Origin: an uncultured Acidobacteriota bacterium
GTDB taxonomy: Bacteria > Acidobacteriota > Terriglobia > Acidiferrales > UBA7541
Length of the DNA stretch: 32,000 bases
Direction of reading: 5' to 3'
Assembly: GCA_963800535.1 (NCBI GenBank)
Contig: CAWDBK010000010.1
Span: 72,736 to 104,735 of the forward strand
Part shown: positions 1 through 8,891 of the stretch, piece by piece
How the letters are laid out: every line of letters starts with the position of its first letter
Numbering within the stretch: position 1 is the stretch's first letter
Notes under the pieces: model-generated
The model's database searches: none
What the model was told of the DNA's origin: nothing
The model's input: the letters and a program-made list of their open reading frames with translations, nothing else
Position numbers and translations under genes: made by a program

Positions 1-345
1 CTCTACGGGCACCGCAAGGACGTGGAAGGCTTCGCCAAGTCGCTCGAGGAATTCGACGCGCTGCTCGGCCCGTTCCTGGCGGTGCTCGGTCCGTCCGACC
101 TGCTGATCATTACCGCAGATCACGGCTGTGATCCCGATCCCGTGAACCCGACGACGGACCATTCGCGCGAATACGTACCGATCGTGGCGTATACGCCGGC
201 AGTGGCGCAGTGCTCGAGCCTCGGCATCCGCTCGACGCTTGCGGACATGGGGCAGACGATCGCCGAAAACTTCGGCGGTTCGATCCCGCACGGCACGAGT
301 TTCCTGCGGCAGATCGCTGGCTACCCCAAAATAATTGTCGATTAG
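1..345 (+). CDS. deoB: Phosphopentomutase, C-terminal part (5' end outside window)
   Basis: Frame 1 is open from base 1 to TAG 343-345. The translation ...DLLIITADHGCDPDPVNPTTDHSREYVPIVAYTP...GTSFL matches the conserved C-terminal metal-site block of DeoB phosphopentomutases (ADHG.DP...TDH.REYVP). The last four codons and the stop (ATT GTC GAT TAG) lie inside repeat 334-416. Confidence 0.85.
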   Translation, partial: LYGHRKDVEGFAKSLEEFDALLGPFLAVLGPSDLLIITADHGCDPDPVNPTTDHSREYVPIVAYTPAVAQCSSLGIRSTLADMGQTIAENFGGSIPHGTSFLRQIAGYPKIIVD

Positions 346-416
346 AGTGTGCACCGATCGTTTGTTTTCAATAACTTTCGGGGCGTTTCTATTAATTCTG
401 ATTGTCGATTAGAAAT
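334..416 (-). repeat. Intergenic repeat family 2, copy 1 (inverted relative to 17254-17336)
   Basis: It aligns by eye over ~83 nt to the reverse complement of 17254-17336. The two share an exact 18-nt core ACCGATCGTTTGTTTTCA (353-370). The element is bounded by an exact 13-nt direct repeat ATTGTCGATTAGA (334-346 and 401-413). Confidence 0.75.
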
Positions 417-687
417 GCAGTTTTGGCCACAGAGACGCAGGGACAGCGAGGCGTATGGATTCTTTCTGTCGTGCACTCCCGATGCCTATTCAGTTGTCAA
501 AGAGCATGCGAGCGCTAGCCTGTAGCGCCGGGACGCAGAGGCGTCCGACATCGAGGCTGCAAGAAGCCCCGACTGACGTTAATGGGTTATTCCGACGCTG
601 GCAATGGAACTGGGGTAATGGGACCACGCGAGAGGTTAAACCTGGGCTGGTGTTTTGGTCGCATTGATCGCAGATGACACGCATCAA

Positions 688-773
688 GAGAGATTCTTCG
701 CCTCCATGACCGGACATCCCTGCAATAGCGGGATGAAAGTCAAAGCCGTCGGGTCACTCCGCTCAGAATGACG
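688..773 (+). repeat. Intergenic structured repeat family 1, copy A
   Basis: GAGAGATTCTTCG...CATCCCTGCAATAGCGGGATG...CTCCGCTCAGAATGACG. It shares both termini and the central hairpin with copies at 5658-5742 and 20009-20093, all on the same strand. Confidence 0.85.
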
Positions 774-852
774 GGCCGTGTGTTGATGTGAGAGACAGGG
801 TTCTATGATATGAGGAGACGGCGGGGCGGGATTTTTTAAAAGGAGCATTTTG

Positions 853-2433
853 ATGCGACACGGGTGGTGGTGCATCGCGACGGTGTTTGCGATCGGGGGA
901 TGGTTGGCGAAGGCCTCGTCTGCTTTGCCCGCGGCGGAGGACTCGGTTCGGCTGAATTCCGGATTAGTCTCCGGTGTGGACGGGGCGAGCGGCGGGGTGC
1001 GCGTGTTCCGTGGGATACCGTACGCTGCGCCGCCTGTTGGGGGGTTGCGGTGGCGGGCGCCGCAAGCTGTGGCGCATTGGGACGGGATTCGCAAGGCGGA
1101 CCAATTTGGTGCCATGTGCATGCAGCCTGCGTTTCGCGGCGCGAACACAGCGGCGAATCCGCCAGCAAACCCGCCGAAGGTGAGCGAGGACTGCCTCTTC
1201 CTTAACGTCTGGACTGCATCTGTTTCGGCTGGCGAGCGGCGGCCCGTGATGGTGTGGATTCATCCGGGCGGGTATTTGAGGGCTGCGGGGGCGGCGCCGG
1301 TCATGACGGAGAAGCGCTGGCGCGTAAGGGTGTGGTGCTGGTCACCATTAATTACCGGCTCGGCGTGTTTGGATTTTTCTCTCATCCCGAATTGACGAAG
1401 GAATCGGAGCATCACGCGTCGGGAAAACTACGGGTTCATGGATCAGATCGCGGCGTTGCAATGGGTGCAGAAAAACATTGCCGCGTTTGGCGGCGATCCT
1501 CGGCGCGTGACCGTGTTCGGCGATTCGGCGGGATCGGCCAGCATTTCGAATCTGATGGAATCACCGTTGGCGAAGGGATTGTTTCAGCGTGCGTCGGGTG
1601 AAAGCGGGGCGTGGATGGGACTTTCTCTCTCGCCGCTGCGAACGCTGGCTGAGGCTGAACAAGCGGGCGTGAAGCTGGCCGAGGATATGAAGGCCGGAAG
1701 CCTGGCGGAGCTACGCGCGAAGCCGGCGGAGGAATTGCTGAAGGCGGGACGCGGCGGCGGACCGGTGATTGATGGGTGGCTGCTGCCGGAGGACCCTGGA
1801 AAAATATTCGCCGAGGGCAAGCAGAACGACGTGCCGCTGATCGTAGGATCGAACAAGGACGAGGGGACTTTCTTTCTGCAGCCGACTACGGTGGAGAAAT
1901 TCATCGACAGCTCACGCAAGAAATTCGGCGATCAGGCGGATGCCTTCCTGAAGTTATATCCAGCGGGTTCGGACGACGAAGCGAACGCGTCGCAGCTCGC
2001 GGCGTTTCGCGACGAACTCGGGTTCGTGATGCGGATATGGGCGCGAGCACAGACCAAGACGGGGCATTCGAAAACATTTCTCTACTACTTCACGCACAAG
2101 CCTCCCGCGCCTGTTAGCTCGTCGCCTCGCGGCGCGCTCGGCACGGGCGCCACTCACGGATCCGAAGCGCAGTATATTTTCCAGAACCTGTTGCCTCCTC
2201 GCGCATGGACGGATCTGGATCATCAGGTGTCGGAGACAATGTCGTCGTATTGGGTGAATTTCGCGACGAACGGCGATCCGAATGGAAAGGGGCTGGCGAA
2301 GTGGCCCGCGTTTGACGACAAGAAGAGCGATCGGCCGATGGTCCTGGGCGATCGAGCCGAAATCGGGCCGGCGCCGAATGGCGCGCAGTTGGCGTTTTTC
2401 GAGCAGGTCTACGAAAAGGGGCGCGGTCGTTAG
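853..2433 (+). pseudogene. Secreted type-B carboxylesterase (para-nitrobenzyl-esterase-like), frame broken by a -1/+1 indel pair
   Basis: AGGAG at 841-845 lies 7 nt before ATG 853, and the N-terminus looks like a signal peptide. Family motifs are [80 protein letters not shown] and the nucleophile elbow GDSAGS. Homology runs in frame 1 to ~1272, frame 3 over 1273-1424, then frame 1 again from ~1426 to TAG 2431-2433. Confidence 0.8.
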
Positions 2434-2458
2434 TTTGACGCGCGGGTTGGGCCGGCCT

Positions 2459-2485
2459 AAAGCCCGTCCTTGGTTGCGGGCTTTT
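2459..2485. terminator. Bidirectional hairpin terminator between convergent genes
   Basis: AAAGCCCG-tccttggttg-CGGGCTTT followed by T, with an A/T run on both sides of the stem. It sits between the esterase stop (2433) and the MBL-rhodanese stop (2522). Confidence 0.55.
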
Positions 2486-2521
2486 CGTGGGCCAGAGCCT
2501 GGCGGTTTTTCGGCGAGACTT

Positions 2522-3923
2522 CTAGTTTGAAGGCCCGTGAACCGGGAGTTTCGCAGCTTCCCAGGCGGCGATGCCGCCGGCGATTTCGCCTACGGAATCG
2601 AATCCGCTGCGTTGCAATAAGCTCGCGGCGATAGAGGAGCGGTAGCCGCCCGCGCAATACACAAGCAGAGGCCGCTCTCTTGGAATCGTTTGCATATTTT
2701 CCGCCAGATGATTGAGGGGAATCGCCAAGCTGCCGGCGATATATTTCTGATCGCGCTCGCGGGGGGCGCGAACGTCGATGGCCAGGGGCGGCTGGCTGGA
2801 TGACAGAAGTTCGGCGGCAAACGGCGCGCCGAGGCGTTCGGTGAATGCGACCAGATCCAGCCGCGCCTCCAAGCTGTGCAATCCATCCTCCAAATATCCG
2901 ACAATGTGATCGAAGCCGATTCGCCCGAGCCGGGTTGTTGATTCGGCCTCGCGTCCCGGGTCCGCGATGATCACGATGGGATGTTCGCGATCGAGCACGG
3001 TTCCAGCCCAGGTGGCGAACTGGCCGGTGAGCCCGATATTGATGCTGCCCGCCAAATGCGACGCGGCAAATTCGGAGGGATCGCGCGTATCGAGAATTTG
3101 CGCCCCGGCTTCCTGCAGCGCGAGCACCCCGTCGAGCAGCATCGGATTCACTCGGGCCAGCGTTTGATCGAGAGTAGGCCGTTCTTCGCTATTCAGCACG
3201 GCGTCGTAGTTGAAATATGCAGGAGCGTCGGGCTGATCCGCCGTCACGACGCGGATGAAGGCTTCCTTGGTCATGGGCTGGAGTGCGTAATTGAATCGCC
3301 GCTGCTCGCCCAGCGTAGAGAAGGTTTCCTTGCTGAGCGCCTTACCGCAGAGTGAGCCCGCGCCGTGAGCGGGATAGACGAGACTTCGATCCGGTAACGC
3401 CAGCAACTTGCTGTGCAACGAATCGAAAAGCATCCCACCCAGCTGCGTGGCGGACCATCCCAGTGCCGCGCGCAGATCGGGCCGCCCCACGTCACCTATG
3501 AACAGTGTGTCACCCGTCAGCACCGCCTGCGGTTCAGTATCGCCGGCGCTGAGGTCGTACACCAGGATGGATATCGATTCCGGAGTGTGGCCGGGCGTCT
3601 CGAGCGATCTTTAACCGTACGCGGCCGAATTCCAGAATGCCGCCATCGCGCATGGGAGTGAAGGCGTACTGCGCTTTCGCCGCGCCGCCCAGATAGATTT
3701 TCGCGCCCAGGCGATCGCGCAACTCCAGATGCCCGGCCACGAAATCCGCGTGCAGGTGCGTCAGGAAGACATGCTTGATGGCGAGGGCATGCTGGGCGGC
3801 AAACGCGATGTATTGGTCCGTGTCCCGTTGCGGATCCACAACCGCGGCCGTGCCAGTTTCTTCGTCTCCGATGATATAGGAGGCGTGTGCCAGGCACGGC
3901 AGATAGAACTGCTTGAGGATCAT
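2522..3923 (-). pseudogene. MBL-fold metallo-hydrolase fused to two rhodanese domains (persulfide-dioxygenase/sulfurtransferase-like), one frameshift
   Basis: The N-terminal ORF (3923 down to ~3606) carries THLHADFVAG. Homology continues in another frame as LETPGHTPESISILVYDL...GDTLFIGDVGRPDL...YPAHGAGS, then two rhodanese domains, the second with the active-site loop VYCAGGYRS. One extra base at ~3605 separates the two frames. Confidence 0.8.
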
Positions 3924-3948
3924 CGGCGACGCTTTTCCGTGAGCGAGG

Positions 3949-4605
3949 CTAGCGCGGCTGCCGGACGATTCGCATGTAGGGCTTGGGGGCTTTCCAGCCC
4001 TCGGGATATTTCTGCTTGGCTTCTTCGTCGGAGACAGACCCGAGGATGATCACATCGTCGCCCTGTTTCCAGTTCACCGGCGTAGCCACTTTGTGTTTGG
4101 CAGTGAGCTGCATCGAATCGAGGACGCGCAGCACTTCGTCGAAGTTCCGGCCCGTGCTCATCGGATAGCTGAGCATCAGTTTCACTTTCTTATCCGGGCC
4201 GACTACGAAAACGGTGCGAACCGTGGCATTGGTGGCGGCGGTGCGGCCTTCGGATGTGTTGCCCGCCTCGGCTGGCAGCATGTCGTACAGCTTGGCGATT
4301 TTAAGTTCCGGGTCGCCGATCATGGGGAATTTCACTTTGTGTCCCTGGGTCTCTTCAATGTCCGCAGCCCATTTACTGTGACTGCTCACGGGGTCGACGC
4401 TCAGGCCGATAATCTTGGTGTTGCGCTTCTCGAACTCGGGCTGGAGGCCGGCCATATAGCCGAGTTCGGTAGTGCACACGGGCGTGAAGTCCTTTGGATG
4501 CGAAAAAAGAATGGCCCAGCCGTCGCCCATCCACTTATGGAAGTCGATGGTGCCCTGCGATGTTTCAGCGGTGAAATTGGGAGCTTCGTCATTGATGCGC
4601 AGCAT
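3949..4605 (-). CDS. 1-Cys peroxiredoxin (Prx6-like, AhpC/TSA family)
   Basis: MLRINDEAPNFTAETSQGTIDFHKWMGDGWAILFSHPKDFTPVCTTELG... contains the peroxidatic Cys motif. GGAGGAG precedes the internal ATG at 4605 with good spacing, so the longer ORF from 4707 is probably an over-extension. Confidence 0.9.
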   Translation of the reverse strand: MLRINDEAPNFTAETSQGTIDFHKWMGDGWAILFSHPKDFTPVCTTELGYMAGLQPEFEKRNTKIIGLSVDPVSSHSKWAADIEETQGHKVKFPMIGDPELKIAKLYDMLPAEAGNTSEGRTAATNATVRTVFVVGPDKKVKLMLSYPMSTGRNFDEVLRVLDSMQLTAKHKVATPVNWKQGDDVIILGSVSDEEAKQKYPEGWKAPKPYMRIVRQPR

Positions 4606-4770
4606 GAAATCTCCTCCTGGGGTGCGGAGTATTATACACGCGGTCGGATGGGACGACGCGCCCTGCCAGGCAACGAGAAGGCCAATTCCTTCTTTCGAGC
4701 TTTCCACAATGGGAAGGAACTACGCGCGGACAATGGAAATCGAGCCATGCCAATCTTACTTAGTGCGCGA

Positions 4771-5634
4771 CTAAACAGTCTCGGAGAGACGGGGAATCAC
4801 GGCGCGTAGCACAGCGATGAACTGACCTTTTACGCGTTCGCCGGTTTCCATTACCTCGGCGTGCGTGAGCGGCTGGTCGAGGATGCCGGCGGCCATGTTG
4901 GTTACGCAGGAAATTCCGAGAACGCGGATGCCCATGTGACGGGCGGCAATCACTTCGAGGACCGTGGACATGCCGACGAGATCGGTCCCGACGGTTTTCA
5001 GGAAGCGAATTTCGGCGGGCGTCTCGAAGCTGGGGCCGCGGAGCGCGGCGTAGACTCCCTCGTGGAGCGAGATGCCGATGCGTTTTGCTTCGCGCTGCGC
5101 GATGGCGCGGTATTCGGGGGCGTAGGCCTGGGACATATCCGGGAAGCGCACGCCGAAGCGGTCGTCGTTGGGACCCATTAGCGGGTTAGCGCCCTGCAGA
5201 TTGATATGGTCGCGGATGGCGACGAGCGCGCCCTGGCTATAGTCGCGATTGATGGCGCCGGCGGCGTTGGTGAGAATCGCGGAATGGATGCCGAGGCGGC
5301 CAAGCACTCGGATGGGAAACGCCACTTCCTGCGGCGAATATCCTTCATATAGATGTACACGGCCCTGCATCACAGCGACCGGGACATCGCCCAATTTGCC
5401 GATGACAAGCTGGCCGGCGTGACCGACGACGGTGGAGCGCGGAAAGCCGGGGATCTTTGGGTAGGGGATTCGCGTGGGAGAGGCGAGTTCGTCCGCGAAG
5501 GCGCCCAGGCCCGAGCCAAGGACGAGCGCGATTTTTGGGTGGAGTTTGGTGCGCGACTGGATGAATTTTGCGGCGCGAGTGGCGGCGGTGAAGGCGTCGC
5601 CGGCCTTACTGGCTTTCCGAGATGATGGCCTCAT
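4771..5634 (-). CDS. Purine nucleoside phosphorylase (trimeric PNP/MTAP family)
   Basis: Motifs LVLGSGLG, GFPRSTVVGHAG.LV.G, VMQGRVHLYEGY, LTNAAGAIN, GPSFETPAEIRFL...GTDLVGMSTV.E and SCVTNMAAG. The start is taken at Met 27 of the ORF (5634); it is not well defined because there is no strong SD. Confidence 0.85.
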   Translation of the reverse strand: MRPSSRKASKAGDAFTAATRAAKFIQSRTKLHPKIALVLGSGLGAFADELASPTRIPYPKIPGFPRSTVVGHAGQLVIGKLGDVPVAVMQGRVHLYEGYSPQEVAFPIRVLGRLGIHSAILTNAAGAINRDYSQGALVAIRDHINLQGANPLMGPNDDRFGVRFPDMSQAYAPEYRAIAQREAKRIGISLHEGVYAALRGPSFETPAEIRFLKTVGTDLVGMSTVLEVIAARHMGIRVLGISCVTNMAAGILDQPLTHAEVMETGERVKGQFIAVLRAVIPRLSETV

Positions 5635-5657
5635 TGATTTCACTTTTTCACGCCGAG

Positions 5658-5742
5658 GAGAGATTCTTCGACTGCGCAACCGGGCATCCCGCAGGAGCGG
5701 GATGAAGTGCAAAACCGTCCGGTCGCTCCGCTCAGAATGACG
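5658..5742 (+). repeat. Intergenic structured repeat family 1, copy B
   Basis: GAGAGATTCTTCGACTGCGCAACCGGG-CATCCCGC-AGGA-GCGGGATG-AAGTGCAAAACCGTCCGGTCGCTCCGCTCAGAATGACG. It lies between the nupC stop (5759) and the PNP start (5634), antisense to that minus-strand operon. Confidence 0.85.
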
Positions 5743-5758
5743 ACGAAAGAAAGATGCT

Positions 5759-6994
5759 TCATCGAAGCATGATTCCTACGAGCGAGGCCGAGAGCAGGTT
5801 GGCCATGGTGCCGGCGAGCATCGCGCGAATGCCCAAACGAGCCAGATCGGATCGCTTATTCGGGGCGAGAGCGCCGATGCCGCCGATCTGGATGCCGATG
5901 GAGCTGAAATTCGCGAAGCCGCACAATGCGAATGTAGCGATCGTAAACGACCGCGGGTCGAGCGTTGATTGCATGGGGCCGAGGCGCTGGAACGCGACGA
6001 GCTCGTTGGTCACCATGCGGAGACCCATCAGGTTACCGACGGTCGAGGCGTCATGCCAGGGAACTCCCGCTAGCCAGGCGATCGGCGAAAACACCCAGCC
6101 GAAGATTTGCTCGAGGCTCGACGGAAACCAACCGATGTGGTGTGCGGCGAGCAGATTGTGAGCGCCGCCGAAAAGCGCGTCGACCAGATAAACGAGCGCG
6201 ATGAACGAGACGAGCATGGCGGCGACGTTGAGCGCGAGGTGCAGGCCATCGACGGTGCCGCGGGCGATAGCGCCTATGGCGTTCGCGTCCTTTTCTATTT
6301 CGGCCATTTCCACGCGGCCGGCAGTGAGCGGCTGGCCGGTTTCGGGCACGATCATTTTCGCGACCATGATGGTGCCGGGCGCGGTCATGATCACAGCCGC
6401 GAGCAGATGTTCGGCGTGAATTCCGTAAGCCATGTAAGCGCCCATGAGGCTGCCGGAAACATGGGCCATGCCGCTGGTCATGATGGTCATCAGCTCAGAC
6501 TGCGTGACTTCGGGAAGAAAGGGGCGGATCGTCAGAGGGGCTTCGGTCTGGCCCATGAAAATGCTGGCAGCTACGTTGAGCGATTCGGCGCCGCTCGCGC
6601 CCATCAGGCGGGTCATCACTTTCGCGGCTGCTTTCACGATCACCTGCATGATGCCCCAGTAATAGAGAAGCGCAAAAAACGCGGCGATGAAGATAATTAT
6701 GGGCAATGCTTGGAAAGCGAAGATGAAGCCGCGCGGGGAATTTTTCATGCCGAGCTCGCCGAAGATGAATGACGAGCCGTAATAGGAGAAATCCAGCAGC
6801 CATTCGGCGCCGTGGCCGAGCTTGGCGAAGACGTACTGGCCGATCGTCCAGCGCATCACGATGAATGCGAGCACGATTTGCAGGCCCAGACCCCAGGCGA
6901 TGATTTTCAGGCGGATCGCCCGGCGATTGTTGGACATCGCGTACGCCAGGGCGAGCACAAACAGTATGCCCAGAACTCCCACGAATCGGTGCAT
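5759..6994 (-). CDS. nupC: NupC/NupG-family concentrative nucleoside transporter
   Basis: Polytopic membrane protein whose features are typical of the CNT family: N-terminal LALAYAMSNNRRAIRLK..I.WGL.LQ, and ...FMGQTEAPL.IRP...T.SEL..IMTSGMA.V.GS. The start is chosen at ATG 6994 (GGAG upstream). The upstream part of the 478-aa ORF is P/A/G-rich and not membrane-like. Confidence 0.85.
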   Translation of the reverse strand: MHRFVGVLGILFVLALAYAMSNNRRAIRLKIIAWGLGLQIVLAFIVMRWTIGQYVFAKLGHGAEWLLDFSYYGSSFIFGELGMKNSPRGFIFAFQALPIIIFIAAFFALLYYWGIMQVIVKAAAKVMTRLMGASGAESLNVAASIFMGQTEAPLTIRPFLPEVTQSELMTIMTSGMAHVSGSLMGAYMAYGIHAEHLLAAVIMTAPGTIMVAKMIVPETGQPLTAGRVEMAEIEKDANAIGAIARGTVDGLHLALNVAAMLVSFIALVYLVDALFGGAHNLLAAHHIGWFPSSLEQIFGWVFSPIAWLAGVPWHDASTVGNLMGLRMVTNELVAFQRLGPMQSTLDPRSFTIATFALCGFANFSSIGIQIGGIGALAPNKRSDLARLGIRAMLAGTMANLLSASLVGIMLR

Positions 6995-7104
6995 CCCGGC
7001 TCCATTCGCTGCGGAAAATAGCGCGTAGTATAGCCGCAACGGCGGCGAGACTGCACCGAAAAGCGATGAGAATGGGCCTGATGCGATGGGCTGATGCGCG
7101 GCCG

Positions 7105-8433
7105 CTAGACCGGCGGGGGCTGGATGAGCGAGGCCGCTACTTTGCGCTGGTATTCGTGGGCTTTGGCCAGGATGGCGGGCTTGTCCATGGTGCACATCAC
7201 GCGGACTTCCATCACGACTTTTCCGGCGATCACGACGGTGAGCACGTCGTGGGCGTTGAGCGCGTAAACGAGCTGCGAGTAGACGTTGTACATGGGCGTC
7301 GAATGCGTGGCGCCGGTGCCGATAAGCACAATATCGGCCTGCTTGCCGATCTCGATCGAGCCGATTTTCTTGTCGAGATGCAGCGCGCGTGCTCCGCCGA
7401 TGGTAGCCATTTCGACCACTTGCCAGGCGGGTAGCGCGCGCGGGTCCATGCGCGTCACTTTTTGCAGCTTGGCGGCGATGTTCATTTCCTGAAACAGATC
7501 CTGGTTATTGTTGCTGGCGGCGCTGTCGGTGGCGAGGCCCACGGGCACACCGGCGGTCAGCAGCTCCACGACGGGCATTACACCCGAAGCCAGCTTCATA
7601 TTGCTCGAAGGATTGTGCACAGTGCCGACGCCGCGTTTCAGGATCGTACCGATGTCGGCGGAATCGACCCAGACACAATGCGCGCCAACAACTTCCGGAC
7701 CGAGGAAGCCGATGGTCTCGAGGTAGTGGACGGGCGAGCCGCCGTGTTTGGCGCGGCTCAGGTCGCTTTCAAAGGGCGCTTCGGCGATGTGCATCAGGAT
7801 CGGAGCTCCCTTGCGGCGGGCGAGCTCGGCTGTCTTTTTCAAGTTGTCCGTCGAAAGCGTGTAGATCGAGTGAGGTGCGACGGCTGGCGTAATCAGCGGA
7901 TCGTTTTTCCACTTGTCGATGAATTTCTCACAATACGCGAGGGCCGCTTCCGGAGACTTGTTGTCGGGAGCGGGAAAATCGAGAATCGTTTCACCCAGTA
8001 CGGCGCGCATCCCGGCTTCTTTTGTGACTTGAGCGGCGACGTCCTCGAAATAATACATGTCGGCGAAGCAGGTGACGCCGCCGCGAAGCATTTCGAGGAC
8101 CCCGAGGCGCGTGCCCCAGAAGACGAAATCCTCGGTGACGTTGCGCGCTTCGGCGGGGAAGATATAGCGTTGGAGCCAGTCGTCGAGCGAATGATCTTCG
8201 GCGACGCCGCGAAATAGGCTCATGGCGGCGTGCATATGCCCGTTGATCATGCCGGGCATCAGGATGCCGCCGCGTGCGTCGATCGTTTTTACCGCGCGGA
8301 TTCTTGCTTCGAGTTCGGCGCGCGTACCGATGGCGGCGATGGTGTCGCCTTCGACGGCGATAGCGCCATCCTCGATGACGCGCCGCTCGGGGTCCATGGT
8401 GACTACCGTGCCGCCGCTGATTAGCAGGTCCAC
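7105..8433 (-). CDS. Amidohydrolase-superfamily deaminase (MTA/SAH-deaminase MtaD-like; substrate not assignable)
   Basis: GTG start at 8433 with AGGAG 4 nt upstream. Motifs PG.INGHMHAAMSLFRG, APHSIYT, ILMHIAE, H.VWV...D, V.HNPSSNMKLASG and GLATDSAASNN are typical of the MtaD/guanine-deaminase-like subgroup. Confidence 0.8.
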   Translation of the reverse strand: MDLLISGGTVVTMDPERRVIEDGAIAVEGDTIAAIGTRAELEARIRAVKTIDARGGILMPGMINGHMHAAMSLFRGVAEDHSLDDWLQRYIFPAEARNVTEDFVFWGTRLGVLEMLRGGVTCFADMYYFEDVAAQVTKEAGMRAVLGETILDFPAPDNKSPEAALAYCEKFIDKWKNDPLITPAVAPHSIYTLSTDNLKKTAELARRKGAPILMHIAEAPFESDLSRAKHGGSPVHYLETIGFLGPEVVGAHCVWVDSADIGTILKRGVGTVHNPSSNMKLASGVMPVVELLTAGVPVGLATDSAASNNNQDLFQEMNIAAKLQKVTRMDPRALPAWQVVEMATIGGARALHLDKKIGSIEIGKQADIVLIGTGATHSTPMYNVYSQLVYALNAHDVLTVVIAGKVVMEVRVMCTMDKPAILAKAHEYQRKVAASLIQPPPV

Positions 8434-8860
8434 CGGGCTCCTTGCTTCGAATCGAACATCGGGGCTAAGGCCCCCTCACCATTTGGATGCGCTTTTCGCG
8501 GGACTGAGGGCCCGGCGACGAAATGCCCGTCGCGCAGCCCGTGCCAGGTGAAATCCATCCAGTTGGGATTCAGCGCCGGTTTCGGCTTCGCGATCACGGC
8601 GTGCGCGGCGGCCGGATCCCCCAGATACCCGCGCCAACCGGCAATCGAAGCGCGGACGAATTTCGCGACGACGTCGGGAGGCTGCGCCACAGAAGCGCGC
8701 ATCGTGAACATCACGCCGAAAGGATTGTAACCTGCGTCGCTGGTGAGCAGAACGCGCGTGTCGATGCCTGCTTGCTTTGCGAAGAACGGCTCGGAAGTGG
8801 CGAACGTAATTCGGATCCGCGACGAAATTCGCGACCTTCATTAAGAATATCGCGCCGGCC
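8421..8860 (-). pseudogene. Remnant (C-terminal ~40%) of an NMT1/NitT-TauT-type ABC substrate-binding protein gene, frameshifted and 5'-truncated
   Basis: Frame b (8837 down to 8421) reads ...ITFATSEPFFAKQAGIDTRVLLTSDAGYNPFGVMFTMRASVAQPPDVVAKFVRASIAGWRGYLGDP. The preceding block ...VANFVADPNYV is in another frame, joining at ~8808. No N-terminal half or signal peptide exists, because the TonB receptor gene ends at 8892. The upstream boundary is approximate. Confidence 0.55.
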
Positions 8861-8891
8861 GCTTCCCCTGTCGTTTCGGCACTATTGAAAC

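Noticed and set aside
455-717. Short ORFs (70 and 75 aa) in the 500-nt spacer after deoB, and small hairpins (GCGCTA-gcctg-TAGCGC, GGACGC-agag-GCGTCC)
   Set aside because: The ORFs have no SD or start context and no protein-like composition. The 5-6-bp GC hairpins are expected by chance in GC-rich DNA. The spacer may hold an sRNA, but I cannot support one from the sequence alone.
1141-1180. Tandem ANPPANPP-coding 12-nt duplication in the esterase gene
   Set aside because: It is a tiny in-frame duplication in a surface loop, with no evidence of wider repeat structure.
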